Source: Chloroflexota bacterium
Lineage (GTDB): Bacteria; Chloroflexota; Dehalococcoidia; UBA2979
NCBI GenBank assembly: GCA_027593235.1
Contig: JAQCIU010000001.1
Span: 27,038-91,037, forward strand
DNA: 64,000 nt
Direction: 5' to 3'
How positions within the stretch are numbered: position 1 is the stretch's first letter; every line of letters begins with the position of its first letter. The position numbers were made by a program, and so were the translations under genes. Below the pieces are notes generated by a model. It was not told the origin of the DNA. It was given only the letters and a program-made list of their open reading frames with translations, and made no database searches. Below are positions 8,890 through 18,796 of the stretch, one piece after another.

Positions 8890-9954
8890 ATGACACTCAA
8901 GACACGCGCGGCGATCAAGGCAAAATTTGGCGAGCCGCTGCTCGTCGATGAGATCGAACTCGCGGACCCGGGCGACGAGGAAGTGCTGGTCAAGCTCTTC
9001 GCGACCGGCATCTGCCACTCGCAGCTCCACCAGATTCACAACCCGGACGGTCCCGTGCCGACGCTGCTCGGCCACGAGGGCACCGGCATCGTCCTCAAGG
9101 CGGGCTCGAAGGTCACCCACGTCAAAGAGGGCGAGCGGGTGATGATCCAGTTCGTCCCGCGCGACCTGCCCGAGGGTATGACCACCGCCAACCGCACCAA
9201 GTACACCTGGCAGGGCAACGAGTACGAGGCCGGCGTCTACACCTGGGCCGAGCACGCGCTGCTGAACGAGCAGATGGTCGTGCCGCTCCCGAACGACGTG
9301 CCGACGGATGTGACGGCGATCATCGGATGCGCCGTCATCACCGGCGCGGGAGCCGCCCTCTACACGGCGGGCGTGCAGCCGGGCCAGTCGGTCGCCGTCT
9401 TCGGCGTCGGCGGGGTCGGGTCGAACGTGGTTGCGGGGGCGAAGATCGCGGGCGCCTACCCGATCATCGCGGTCGACCTCGAGGAGGGGAAGCTCGGCTA
9501 CGCGAAGGAGCTGGGCGCGACCCACACGGTGAACGGCTCTGACGTGCACGCGCCCGACGCGGTGAAGGAGCTGACCGGTGGCGGCGTCGACTTCGCGTTT
9601 GACGCGATCGGCGTACAGGCGGCCTTCCTCCAGTCGGTGGAGAGCGTGAAGTCGGGGGTCCTGGGCGTCAGCCGCGGAGGTGCGGCGGTGATCGTCGGCA
9701 TCGGTCAGGGCGACGTGCCCCTGCCGCGGCTCTTCCCGTTCGGCGAGCGAACGATCATGGGCTCGATGGGCGGCTCGGAGCGCCCGGCAATCGCGATGCC
9801 GAAGTACATCGAGTGGTACAAGGAGGGCAAACTCCCCCTGGAGAAGCTCGTCTCCAAGAAGTACGACAACCTCGACGAGATCAACGAGGGCGTGCGCGCC
9901 CTCGAAAACGGCGAAATCGAGGGCCGTTCGATCATCGTGTACGCCACCCCATAG
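8890..9954 (+). CDS. Zinc-dependent alcohol dehydrogenase (MDR family, class III-like).
   Basis: The Zn-binding region GHEGTGIV, the GICHSQLH motif and the Rossmann motif GVGGVGS are present. A strong RBS, GAGGAGG, lies 7 nt upstream. Confidence 0.9.
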   Translation: MTLKTRAAIKAKFGEPLLVDEIELADPGDEEVLVKLFATGICHSQLHQIHNPDGPVPTLLGHEGTGIVLKAGSKVTHVKEGERVMIQFVPRDLPEGMTTANRTKYTWQGNEYEAGVYTWAEHALLNEQMVVPLPNDVPTDVTAIIGCAVITGAGAALYTAGVQPGQSVAVFGVGGVGSNVVAGAKIAGAYPIIAVDLEEGKLGYAKELGATHTVNGSDVHAPDAVKELTGGGVDFAFDAIGVQAAFLQSVESVKSGVLGVSRGGAAVIVGIGQGDVPLPRLFPFGERTIMGSMGGSERPAIAMPKYIEWYKEGKLPLEKLVSKKYDNLDEINEGVRALENGEIEGRSIIVYATP

Positions 9955-10081
9955 GGGGTCTTCGACCCCCTTCTAGACGCTTCGCGCCTGTTTGCGCAGG
10001 TGCGGAGCGCGGGAGACTTGGGCGGTCGGTGGAGTGGGTTGAGCTAGCGAATTCGCGCGGCCCGGTGCGTATCCTCACTGG

Positions 10082-11479
10082 ATGCTGTTGACCATCTCAA
10101 CGACGCACCGGCCAGCCGACGACCTCGGCTACCTGTTGCACAAGCATCCGCAGCGCGTGCACGAGTTCGCGCTGCCCTACGGCACGGCGCACGTCTTCTA
10201 TCCCGAAGCCACCGAGGACCGTTGCACCGCCGCGCTGCTCCTCGAAATTGACCCGCTGCACATCGCGAGGCGGGGCTTTGGCGTTGCCGATGCGGCGCCG
10301 CTGGGCGCCTATGTGAACGACCGGCCGTATGTGGCGTCGTCTTACCTCAGCGTCGCGCTAGCGAAAGTCGTCGGCTCGGCGATGGGGGGACGCAGCAAGG
10401 AGCGCCCCGAACTCGCCGGCACCCCGATCCCGCTGATCGCGACGCTCGAGGTGGTGCCGTCACGCGACGCGGGCGTTCCGCGCCGGCTGTTCGAGCCGCT
10501 GGGCTACCGCGTCGAGACCTCGAGGTTGGCGAACGACCTCCTCGATAGCCCCGGCGCCGCGGAGCCGGCGCTGAGCCCGTACGTGACGCTACGCCTCGAG
10601 GGGACCGTGACGGTTGCCGAGCTGCTGACGCACCTCTATGTCCTGATGCCCGTGCTGGACGACGCGAAGCACTACTTCATCGGCGACGACGAGGTCGAGA
10701 AGCTGCTGAGCCGTGCTGGCACGTGGTTGTCCTCCCATCCCGAGCGCGAGTTCATCGCCACGCGCTACCTCAAGCACCAGCGGTGGTTCGCGGACGCCGC
10801 CCTCGCGCGCCTGTCCGAGGGTGCTCCGCCGCTCGAGGAGGAGGTCGACGCCCCGGACGTTGAGCCGGCAGTCCCGGCGACGCCGCTGAACCAGCAGCGC
10901 ATCGATGCCATCGTCGCGGCGCTCCACGGTGTCGGCGCGCATACGGTCATTGACCTCGGATGCGGCGAGGGCCGTCTCCTCGGCGCGCTCTACGAGGATC
11001 GTGACTTCACACGCATCGTTGGGATGGACGTCTCGCCCTGGTCGCTGCGCGCAGCCGGGCGACGGTTGCACCTCGACAACCTGCCGGAGCGGCAGCGGGA
11101 CCGGTTGCAGGTGATGCAGGGGTCGCTGCTCTACCGCGACGCGCGGCTCAGCGGCTTCGACGCCGGTGTCCTCTCCGAGGTGATCGAGCATATTGAGCCG
11201 GACCAGTTACCACGCCTCGAGCGGGTCGTGTTTGGCGAGGCGCATCCGAACGCCGTGATCGTCACGACCCCGAACCGTGACTTCAACGCGCGTATCCCGG
11301 CGCTCGCTGCCGACGAGCGCCGTCATCGCGATCACCGCTTCGAATGGTCGCGGGCGGAGTTCGGCGACTGGGCGACCTCGGTTGCCGAGCGGTTCGGGTA
11401 CAGCGCCGAGGTCGGCGGGATTGGCGAGGCCGATCCGGCGCTGGGGTCGCCGACGCAGGTGGCGGTGTTCCGCGCATGA
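10082..11479 (+). CDS. hen1: Bacterial Hen1, the RNA 3'-terminal ribose 2'-O-methyltransferase of the Pnkp-Hen1 RNA-repair system.
   Basis: A 465-aa protein with a C-terminal SAM-dependent methyltransferase domain (VIDLGCGEGRLL...GMDVS). It has the length and architecture of bacterial Hen1. The stop overlaps the pnkp start by ATGA. Confidence 0.75.
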   Translation: MLLTISTTHRPADDLGYLLHKHPQRVHEFALPYGTAHVFYPEATEDRCTAALLLEIDPLHIARRGFGVADAAPLGAYVNDRPYVASSYLSVALAKVVGSAMGGRSKERPELAGTPIPLIATLEVVPSRDAGVPRRLFEPLGYRVETSRLANDLLDSPGAAEPALSPYVTLRLEGTVTVAELLTHLYVLMPVLDDAKHYFIGDDEVEKLLSRAGTWLSSHPEREFIATRYLKHQRWFADAALARLSEGAPPLEEEVDAPDVEPAVPATPLNQQRIDAIVAALHGVGAHTVIDLGCGEGRLLGALYEDRDFTRIVGMDVSPWSLRAAGRRLHLDNLPERQRDRLQVMQGSLLYRDARLSGFDAGVLSEVIEHIEPDQLPRLERVVFGEAHPNAVIVTTPNRDFNARIPALAADERRHRDHRFEWSRAEFGDWATSVAERFGYSAEVGGIGEADPALGSPTQVAVFRA

Positions 11480-13824
11480 ACCTCACCGTTCCGAAGCTCA
11501 GCCTCGTCGTGCTGGTCGGCGTCTCCGGTTCGGGAAAGTCGACGTTCGCGCGGACCGCGTTCGAACCGTCCGAGGTGCTGTCGTCCGACCACTTCCGCAC
11601 GCTGGTCGCGAACAACGTCGAGGACCAGTCCGCCACCCCGGACGCATTCGAGGCGCTCCAGTTCGTGGCGGGCAAGCGGCTCGCGCGCGGGTTGCTCACG
11701 GTGATCGACGCGACCAACGTGCAGCCGCAGGCGCGGAAGCCACTCCTCGATCTCGCGCGTGCGCACGACGTGTTCGCGGTCGCGATCGTCCTCGATGTTC
11801 CGCTTGCGGACGCGCTGGCACGCAACGAGGCGCGCGCCGACCGGGTGACGCCGCCACCGGCGATCCGCCGGCAGCACGACCAGCTACGGCGTTCGATTCG
11901 CCGGCTCCGCAAGGAGGGCTTCCGCTTCGTCCATGTCCTCGATGGCTCCGAGGACCCTGCGTCGATCACGATTGAGCGAGAGCGGTCGTGGAACGACCGC
12001 CGCTACGAGACCGGCCCGTTCGACATCATCGGCGACGTGCACGGCTGCTTCGACGAACTGCGGGCGCTGCTCGACCGCCTCGGCTACAACGTCCGGGAGA
12101 TTCCCGAAGCAGGGCTGCCGCACAGCTTCGAGGTGACCCCGCCGGCGGGACGGCGCGCGATCTTCCTCGGTGACCTCGTCGACCGAGGGCCGGACACGCC
12201 TCGGGTGCTCGGGCTGGCGATGAGCATGGTCCGAGGCGGCTCCGCGCTGGCGGTCACCGGGAACCACGACGACAAGCTGTTGCGGGCGCTGCGCGGCAGG
12301 CGGGTGCAAACGACGCACGGCCTCGCCGAGTCGCTGGAGCAGCTCGCACGCGAGCCGGAGGGCTTCCGGGCGGAGGTGGTCGAGTTCCTCGATGGGTTGA
12401 TCGCGCACTACGTCCTCGATGGCGGTCAGCTCGTGGTCGCGCACGCGGGGCTCAAGGAGCCGTACCAGGGCCGCGCCTCCGGACGCGTCCGCAGCTTCGC
12501 GCTGTACGGCGAGACCACCGGCGAGACCGACGAGTTCGGGCTGCCGGTCCGCTACCCGTGGGCGCAGGTGTATCGAGGCGCCGCGACGGTGGTGTATGGC
12601 CACACGCCGGTGCTCGAGGCGGAGTGGGTGAACCGCACGATCTGCGTCGATACGGGGTGTGTGTTCGGCGGCAGGTTGACCGCGCTCCGCTATCCGGAGA
12701 ACGAGCTGGTCTCAGTACCGGCTGTCCAGATCTACTACGAGCCGATTCGCCCGCTTGCGGGCGCCGAGCCCGATGAGCGCGAGCGGGATCTCCTCGACAT
12801 CAACGACGTGACAGGCAAGCGGATCGTCTCGACCGGGCTCGCCGGCAACGTCACGATCCTCGAGGAGCAGTCCGCGGCCGCGCTGGAGGTGATGAGCCGC
12901 TGGTCGATGGATCCTCGGTGGCTGCTCTACCTGCCGCCGACGATGTCGCCGCCCGAGACGAGCACGGATCCGGGGCTCCTCGAGCACCCGGCCGAGGCGT
13001 TCGCGTATTTCCGCAAGCAGGGTGTCGCCGAGGTCGTGTGCGAGGAGAAGCACATGGGCTCGCGGGCGATCGTCGTCGTCTGTCGCGACCCCGAGGTGGC
13101 CGCCCGCTCGTTCGCACCGGCCGAGGCCGGCGGCGTCATCTACACCCGCACCGGCCGGCGCTTCTTCGAGGATCCCGAGCTGGAGCGGGCGCTCCTTGAT
13201 CGCGTGCGGGCGGCGCTGACCAGCACCGGCCTATGGGACGAGCTCGACACCGACTGGCTGGCGATCGACGGCGAGATCATGCCGTGGTCCTACAAGGCCC
13301 ACGAGCTTCTGGAGCGGCAGTACCTCCCCGTCGGCGTCGCCGCGACGGCGTCGCTTTCGAGGGCGGTCGAGCTGTTGCGCGCCACGGAGGCACGAGGCGT
13401 CGACGTCTCGGCGCTTCGCTCCCGCATCGAGGAACGGGTACCGCTCGCCGATCGCTACCGGGAGGCGCTGCGCCCGTACTCCTGGGCGGTTGGCTCGGCG
13501 GACGACATCCGCTTCGCTCCGTTCCAGTTGCTGGCCAGCGCGCCCGAGGTCCTCGCGAGGCGTGACCACCGCTGGCACATCGAGCTGTGCCAGCGTCTCG
13601 CCGACGCGGACGGGCAGGTGATCGTGACTACGCCTTCGCGCGTGGTGGAGATCGCCGACGCCGCCGCGCAGAGCGAGGCCACCGAGTGGTGGCTAGGGCG
13701 GACGCGGACCGGCGGCGAAGGCATGGTCGTGAAGCCTCTCGGCGAACGGGCGCTCGACCGGCGGGTGCAGCCCGGCGTGAAGGTCCGCGGCCGCGAGTAC
13801 CTCCGCATCATCTACGGGCCGTAG
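11476..13824 (+). CDS. pnkp: Polynucleotide kinase-phosphatase Pnkp, ending at an in-frame TAG.
   Basis: Three domains are present: a P-loop kinase (GVSGSGKST), a calcineurin-like phosphatase (GDVHG, GNHD) and a C-terminal adenylyltransferase/ligase domain (EEKHMGSRAIVV). The start was set at ATG 11476 (MNLTVPKL). The same frame stays open and protein-like for 65 more codons beyond the TAG, up to TAA 14017-14019. Confidence 0.8.
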   Translation: MNLTVPKLSLVVLVGVSGSGKSTFARTAFEPSEVLSSDHFRTLVANNVEDQSATPDAFEALQFVAGKRLARGLLTVIDATNVQPQARKPLLDLARAHDVFAVAIVLDVPLADALARNEARADRVTPPPAIRRQHDQLRRSIRRLRKEGFRFVHVLDGSEDPASITIERERSWNDRRYETGPFDIIGDVHGCFDELRALLDRLGYNVREIPEAGLPHSFEVTPPAGRRAIFLGDLVDRGPDTPRVLGLAMSMVRGGSALAVTGNHDDKLLRALRGRRVQTTHGLAESLEQLAREPEGFRAEVVEFLDGLIAHYVLDGGQLVVAHAGLKEPYQGRASGRVRSFALYGETTGETDEFGLPVRYPWAQVYRGAATVVYGHTPVLEAEWVNRTICVDTGCVFGGRLTALRYPENELVSVPAVQIYYEPIRPLAGAEPDERERDLLDINDVTGKRIVSTGLAGNVTILEEQSAAALEVMSRWSMDPRWLLYLPPTMSPPETSTDPGLLEHPAEAFAYFRKQGVAEVVCEEKHMGSRAIVVVCRDPEVAARSFAPAEAGGVIYTRTGRRFFEDPELERALLDRVRAALTSTGLWDELDTDWLAIDGEIMPWSYKAHELLERQYLPVGVAATASLSRAVELLRATEARGVDVSALRSRIEERVPLADRYREALRPYSWAVGSADDIRFAPFQLLASAPEVLARRDHRWHIELCQRLADADGQVIVTTPSRVVEIADAAAQSEATEWWLGRTRTGGEGMVVKPLGERALDRRVQPGVKVRGREYLRIIYGP

Positions 13825-14245
13825 TACACCCTCGACGGCCAGCTCTCGCGGCTGCGGAACCGCAGCGTCGGGCGGAAGCGATCGCTCGCCACGCGCGAGC
13901 ACGCGCTGGGTCTCGAAGCCCTCGATCGATTCGTCGCGGGCGAGCCGTTGTGGCGCGTCCACGAGTGCGTCTTCGGCGTGCTCGCCCTCGAAAGTGACCC
14001 GGTCGACCCGCGGCTGTAACGTCCGGACGCCCGGGTCGCGGTGGCCGCACCCGCCCGTGCCGTCTTCGTGCTGTCGCTCCTCGGCGCCGCCGGCTACGCG
14101 ATGGCCGCGCTCCTCACGCCGAGGACACCACCCACCGCGCCGCTCGAGCGGTAGCACCCGGAACGCCGCTGGCGAGACCGCGAATGAACGCCACCAACCG
14201 AGGGCGCTGGACACCACCGGTAGATCAGCGTCGTTCGCCAGGACC

Positions 14246-14725
14246 CTAGAGCGGGTGGGACTCCGCGAGGGGAGGGCCGGCGACCTCCATCCAGTTGCGC
14301 TCCGCGACTGCGCGGTACGCCTCCGGGTGCACGGTTCCCGGCAGCAGCTCCGCCAGCTCATCGAAGAACCGCTCCATGCCACCCGGCGCGAACATCACCA
14401 GCACCGTCGCTGCGGTGTCGCCGATGTTCTGGAAGCAGTGCCGCGTGCCGCGCGGTACGAAGACGAAGGAGCCCTGCGGGGCTTCGAGGATCTCGTCCTC
14501 GGCACGGAACCGGAGGTTGCCCTCGGTCACGTACCACATCTCGTCTTCGCGAGCGTGCACGTGTAGGGGCGGTCCCTGGAACGGCGGGATCACGTTCTCC
14601 AGCAGCGCGAAACTGCCGCCGGTATCGCGCGTTCGCGCCTTGATCGTCGTGGGGCCACCAACGGGGCCGGCAATCTGGTCACCTTCACCGGGACGAACGA
14701 CAAACGAGCGCATCGGCTCGGGCAA
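14246..14725 (-). CDS. Cupin-domain protein.
   Basis: A 159-aa protein with the two-His cupin motifs (HVHAREDEMWYV, HCFQN). A TTG start lies behind an AGGAGGA RBS. Confidence 0.65.
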   Translation of the reverse strand: MPEPMRSFVVRPGEGDQIAGPVGGPTTIKARTRDTGGSFALLENVIPPFQGPPLHVHAREDEMWYVTEGNLRFRAEDEILEAPQGSFVFVPRGTRHCFQNIGDTAATVLVMFAPGGMERFFDELAELLPGTVHPEAYRAVAERNWMEVAGPPLAESHPL

Positions 14726-14845
14726 AGGGGATTCCTCCTGGCGAACACATACCGTGGTCGACGGATTCTAGTCCTCGGATGCTGTGCGTTCGCGGTTGAT
14801 TGATGGGCTCGCCGGAGAGGTCAGTGGTGACGCGAATCCGCGTGG

Positions 14846-16477
14846 CTAGTCCGGCAACTCCACCCGCAGCGCGGTGATGCCCGTCTCGCGGTCAGAGAGG
14901 TAGACCACCCCATCCGCCAGGTGCACGCCCCAGTTGCCTTGGAGGATGTCGCGCTCGTCCTCGGGCGCGACGGTGTCGTAGTGCGCCACCTCACGAGGCG
15001 ACGTGGGGTCCTCGAGGTCAAAGACGCGCAGGCCGTCGATGTAGTACGAGACGTACGCGTAGCGCCCGTCGATCTCGATGTTGTGCACCGAGGTGCCGGG
15101 GCGCGTTTGCCACTCGGCCAGCAGTTCGGGGGCCTCGAGGTTGGTGGCGTCGTAGAGGCGAAGGTGTTGGTCCGCGCCCTCGTCTCCGTTGAGGTAAATC
15201 AGTCGGCCGTCCAGGTCGGTCACCCAGCCGGAGTGGCTGAACGCGTTGCCCTCCGGGATCGTTTGGCTCACCACCTCGATCGCCGCAGGGTCGGTCACGT
15301 CCAGCACATAGAACCCGTTCGCGAGCGAGTTGAGGAACGCGATCTGGCGTCCGCCCAGCGTCACGACGTGTACGTCGTGCGCGCCCTCGAGGGTGGAACG
15401 GGCCTCGCTGATCACGAACCGCCCCGCCTCGAACGGCCGCGCCGGATCGCTCACGTCGATCACCCGCAGATCGGTCTGCGGATGGGTGTCGTTGATCGCG
15501 AACACGAGATCGGCGACCGGGGACAGGTAGATGTTGTGCGCGTTGCCGAACAGGTCCACATTCGCGCCCACCGTCACGGCGTACTGAGAGAGGAAGGCCG
15601 GCGCGCTCGGGTCGCTCACGTCGTAGATCAGCAGCCCGCTGGCCGTCGTCGCCGCGTACAGCACGCCATCGCGCACCTTCACGTCCAGTACGGACGCCGC
15701 CGCGTTGATTCGCCCGAGCGGCTCGCCCGAGGTCGCGTCGAGCAACTCGATCGTCCCGCCGAAGTGCGGCGCGAAGACCACCCCGCCGTCCACCCAGAGG
15801 TCCGTGTACGACCCGCTCGCGTCTGTCGCCTCGTGGTGCCAGAGCATGGTCACGTTGTCGCTCGCCTGCGGCTCGTCGCGGTCCCAGAGCGGTCGCAGCA
15901 CCGTCTCGATCGAGCGCTCGCCGAAGCTCGTCGGCTCGTTGAACGTCACCGTCATCTCTTGCGTCGCCAGGTCGACCGTTGCGGCGAACACCCGCCCACA
16001 CCCTCCGAGGGCGATCCCGTCGCCGCTCGCGGTCTGCGTCGCGCTCGGCGTGCACGTGAACCGCGTCACCGCGATCACGCCCATCTCGAACTGCCACGGA
16101 TCGACCAGCGGATCGGCGCCCACCGTCACCCGCATCGAGGTCCATGGAATCCCCGGATTCGCTACGTGCCCTGACCACAGGTACGACGCGCCGCCGGTGA
16201 CCGCGTTCGGCCGCAGCGCCGGGATCGGCGTTGCCGTCGGCTCCGGCGTCGGGCTCGGCGTCGGCGTCGCCGTCGGCGGCGCGGTCGCTGCGGCCGTGGC
16301 GGTCGCGGTCGCGGTCATCGAGGGCGTTGCGGTCGCCGTTCGATCGCCCTCGGAGTCGCCGGTGCAGGCAGCCGCGACCAACGCAGCCCCGAGGACGATC
16401 GCGAGGCCAAGGCGTAGCGGGTGGATCACGCGGAACGGGCGGAACGGGCGGGTGCGTCGTCGCGCGGGGAGGTGCAT
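14846..16477 (-). CDS. LVIVD-repeat beta-propeller lipoprotein.
   Basis: Signal peptide with a lipobox (LVAAAC) and a Thr/Ala/Pro-rich linker, followed by repeated LRVIDVSDP / LDVTDP / LYD-type LVIVD repeats. The start was set at the internal Met encoding MHLPARRR. Confidence 0.65.
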   Translation of the reverse strand: MHLPARRRTRPFRPFRVIHPLRLGLAIVLGAALVAAACTGDSEGDRTATATPSMTATATATAAATAPPTATPTPSPTPEPTATPIPALRPNAVTGGASYLWSGHVANPGIPWTSMRVTVGADPLVDPWQFEMGVIAVTRFTCTPSATQTASGDGIALGGCGRVFAATVDLATQEMTVTFNEPTSFGERSIETVLRPLWDRDEPQASDNVTMLWHHEATDASGSYTDLWVDGGVVFAPHFGGTIELLDATSGEPLGRINAAASVLDVKVRDGVLYAATTASGLLIYDVSDPSAPAFLSQYAVTVGANVDLFGNAHNIYLSPVADLVFAINDTHPQTDLRVIDVSDPARPFEAGRFVISEARSTLEGAHDVHVVTLGGRQIAFLNSLANGFYVLDVTDPAAIEVVSQTIPEGNAFSHSGWVTDLDGRLIYLNGDEGADQHLRLYDATNLEAPELLAEWQTRPGTSVHNIEIDGRYAYVSYYIDGLRVFDLEDPTSPREVAHYDTVAPEDERDILQGNWGVHLADGVVYLSDRETGITALRVELPD

Positions 16478-16550
16478 CCAACGATCGCACGTCGTTCGCG
16501 CCGCCTCGGCGTCCGACCCGCGTAAGCGCCGTTGACGATCGCGGGGACGC

Positions 16551-16772
16551 TCAGCGATCACGCCGCCGATAGCTCCACACGACGACGGCGGCCGTCACCG
16601 CCAGGAGGAACAGCCCGACCGGGCTCACCAGCCAGCGGGCGAAGTTGTCCGGCCGTACCCCGAACATGAACAACACCAGCACCACGGTGCCGAGGCCAAG
16701 CGCGTATTGCACGCCCACGATGGCGATCGCCCACACCTCGCGTAGTCGCGATCCTTGAGGTGTGCTGGTCAT
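16551..16772 (-). CDS. Small hypothetical membrane protein (two TM helices).
   Basis: A 73-aa hydrophobic protein (WAIAIVGVQYALGLGTVVLVLFMF...LFLLAVTAAVVVW) located directly downstream of the permease gene. Confidence 0.4.
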   Translation of the reverse strand: MTSTPQGSRLREVWAIAIVGVQYALGLGTVVLVLFMFGVRPDNFARWLVSPVGLFLLAVTAAVVVWSYRRRDR

Positions 16773-16788
16773 CGGTGGAGTGTGGCGG

Positions 16789-17664
16789 TCAGGACTTCGT
16801 CCGCGGATCGAGCAGATCGCGGATGCCGTCCCCAATGAAGTTCGCGCCCAGGACCACGGTCAGGATCGCGATCCCGGGGCCCAGCGCGATCCAGTAGTCG
16901 TAAAAACGGCGCGAGCCCTCGCTGATCATCGAGCCCCACTCCGGGAACGGCGGCACCGCACCCAGCCCGATGAAGCTCAACGAGGCCGCCAGCAGCACCA
17001 CCCCGCCGAAGTCCATCGTCGAGACCACCAGCAGCGGCGTGAACGCGATCGGCAGGATGTGTTTCGTCATCAACCGGAACTGGCTCGCGCCCAACGACTC
17101 CGCCGCGATCACGTGGTCGTAACTCTTCACCGCCATGAACTGGCCGCGCAGGAGCCGCGCGTAGCCCGGCCACCACACCAGCGTCATCGCGATCGCCGCG
17201 TTGCGGATGCCGACCCCCAGCGTCGCCGCGATCACCATCGCCAGCAGGATCGGCGGGAACGCCATCACCATGTCCGTCAGCCGCATCAGGAACGAGTCGA
17301 CCCAACCGCCGAAGAACCCGGCGACCGCGCCGACCACACCGCCCAGCAGCAGTGCCGACACAATCACCCCGGCCGCAACCGGCATCGAGGCGCGCGCGCC
17401 GTACAGCGTCCGCGACAGCACGTCGCGTCCCAGCGCGTCCGTACCCAGCGGGTGATCCCACGAGGGCCCCAGCAACCGCGTATCCACGATCGAGATCGGA
17501 TCATGCGGTGCCCACCATTGCACCGTCAGCGCGGTGAGCACCCAGAACAGGATCACCGCGCCGCCCAGCACCACCGGCAGCGTCATCCACTTCGGCTTGC
17601 GTATCCGCGCCTGTGGCGAGCGCGTCGTCAACGCTCCCATCGTCGCGGTCTCGGAGCTGCTCAC
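16789..17664 (-). CDS. ABC transporter permease (OppC/DppC family).
   Basis: Six TM helices and the EAA-like permease signature. It overlaps the upstream permease gene by 4 nt. Confidence 0.85.
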   Translation of the reverse strand: MSSSETATMGALTTRSPQARIRKPKWMTLPVVLGGAVILFWVLTALTVQWWAPHDPISIVDTRLLGPSWDHPLGTDALGRDVLSRTLYGARASMPVAAGVIVSALLLGGVVGAVAGFFGGWVDSFLMRLTDMVMAFPPILLAMVIAATLGVGIRNAAIAMTLVWWPGYARLLRGQFMAVKSYDHVIAAESLGASQFRLMTKHILPIAFTPLLVVSTMDFGGVVLLAASLSFIGLGAVPPFPEWGSMISEGSRRFYDYWIALGPGIAILTVVLGANFIGDGIRDLLDPRTKS

Positions 17665-18674
17665 GACACCCGGATTCGGGGATCGATGATCCCGTAGGAG
17701 ATGTCGATCGCCAGGTTCGCGATCACGAACATCGCGCCGCCGAAGATCGCCACCCCCATCACCGCGGGCAGATCCAGCCCGCGTGTCGACTCAACCGCGT
17801 ACGAACCCAGCCCGGGCCAGGCGAAGACCGTCTCCGTCAGCACCGCGCCCGTCAGCAGGGCGGCGAGCGACAGTCCGAGGATCGTCACCGTCGGGATCAG
17901 CGCGTTCCGCAGCGCGTGCGTGAAGATCACCTGCCGCCCGGTCAGCCCCTTCGCCCGCGCCGTCCGGATGTAATCCTGGTTGAGCACCTCCAGCATCGAC
18001 GCGCGCACCATCCGCGCGATGATGCCCAGCACCGCCCAGCCCAGCACAAACGCCGGCAGCATCAGGTGGCGCAGCGCGTCCCATGCCTGGCCGAAGTCTC
18101 CGGCCAACACCGCATCGACGGTGTACAACCCGGTCACGCCGTTCGGCGGCGTCGCCCGGAGGTCGATCCGTCCGGGGCCCGGCGCGATCCCCAGTTGCGT
18201 GAAGAAGATGTAGAGCAGGATCAGACCGGTCCAGAACACCGGCAGCGACGATCCCACGAGGGCGAACAGCCGCACCGTATGGTCGATCCATGTATCCCGT
18301 TTGATCGCCGCTGCGATGCCGGCCGGAATCCCGATCACTATCGCGACCGCCAGCGCCGCCAGCGTCAGTTCGAGCGTCGCCGGCAGCTTGTCCGCGATGT
18401 CCGACCCGACCGGCTGCTTGGTGCGGAACGACGTGCCCATGTCGCCCTGTGCCAGGTTCTTGATGTACAGCGCGTATTGCTCGGGAGCCGACTTGTCGAG
18501 GCCCCAGCGCGCCCGTGCCGCGCTCACAATCTCCTCGTTGCCGAGCAGTCGCTCCGGGACGATCGAGGCGATCGGGTCCACCGAGGCCGTTCGCGAGACC
18601 ACGAACACCACTGTTACCACGCCCAGTAGCAGCAACGGCATCAATGCCAATCGTCGTGCGATATAGGTGCCCAC
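17661..18674 (-). CDS. ABC transporter permease (OppB/DppB family).
   Basis: A 337-aa polytopic membrane protein with the BPD_transp_1 signature. Confidence 0.85.
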   Translation of the reverse strand: MGTYIARRLALMPLLLLGVVTVVFVVSRTASVDPIASIVPERLLGNEEIVSAARARWGLDKSAPEQYALYIKNLAQGDMGTSFRTKQPVGSDIADKLPATLELTLAALAVAIVIGIPAGIAAAIKRDTWIDHTVRLFALVGSSLPVFWTGLILLYIFFTQLGIAPGPGRIDLRATPPNGVTGLYTVDAVLAGDFGQAWDALRHLMLPAFVLGWAVLGIIARMVRASMLEVLNQDYIRTARAKGLTGRQVIFTHALRNALIPTVTILGLSLAALLTGAVLTETVFAWPGLGSYAVESTRGLDLPAVMGVAIFGGAMFVIANLAIDISYGIIDPRIRVS

Positions 18675-18796
18675 GAGCCGGCGCCCGCCTCTCGCGTCCC
18701 GCGAACGCTCACCGTCGCGGGTGCCGTGCCTGGCGGTGATCGGTCCCTCTGGGGCCGATCACCGCCGATGCTACGGGTTCAATTGCTACGGATGCG

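Noticed and set aside
13825-14245. Possibility that the post-TAG segment 13825..14019 is an independent small gene.
   Set aside because: It has no start codon or RBS of its own. It is in frame with pnkp and its sequence looks like a continuation of the Pnkp C-terminus, so it is treated as part of pnkp (see finding).
14921-16490. Long overlapping ORFs on both strands (14921..16174 plus strand; 15018..16490 minus strand) inside the LVIVD lipoprotein gene.
   Set aside because: Their translations are Arg/Pro/Gly/Asp-rich low-complexity sequence, typical of off-frame reading of high-GC DNA. The 14846..16477 frame has repeat motifs and a signal peptide.
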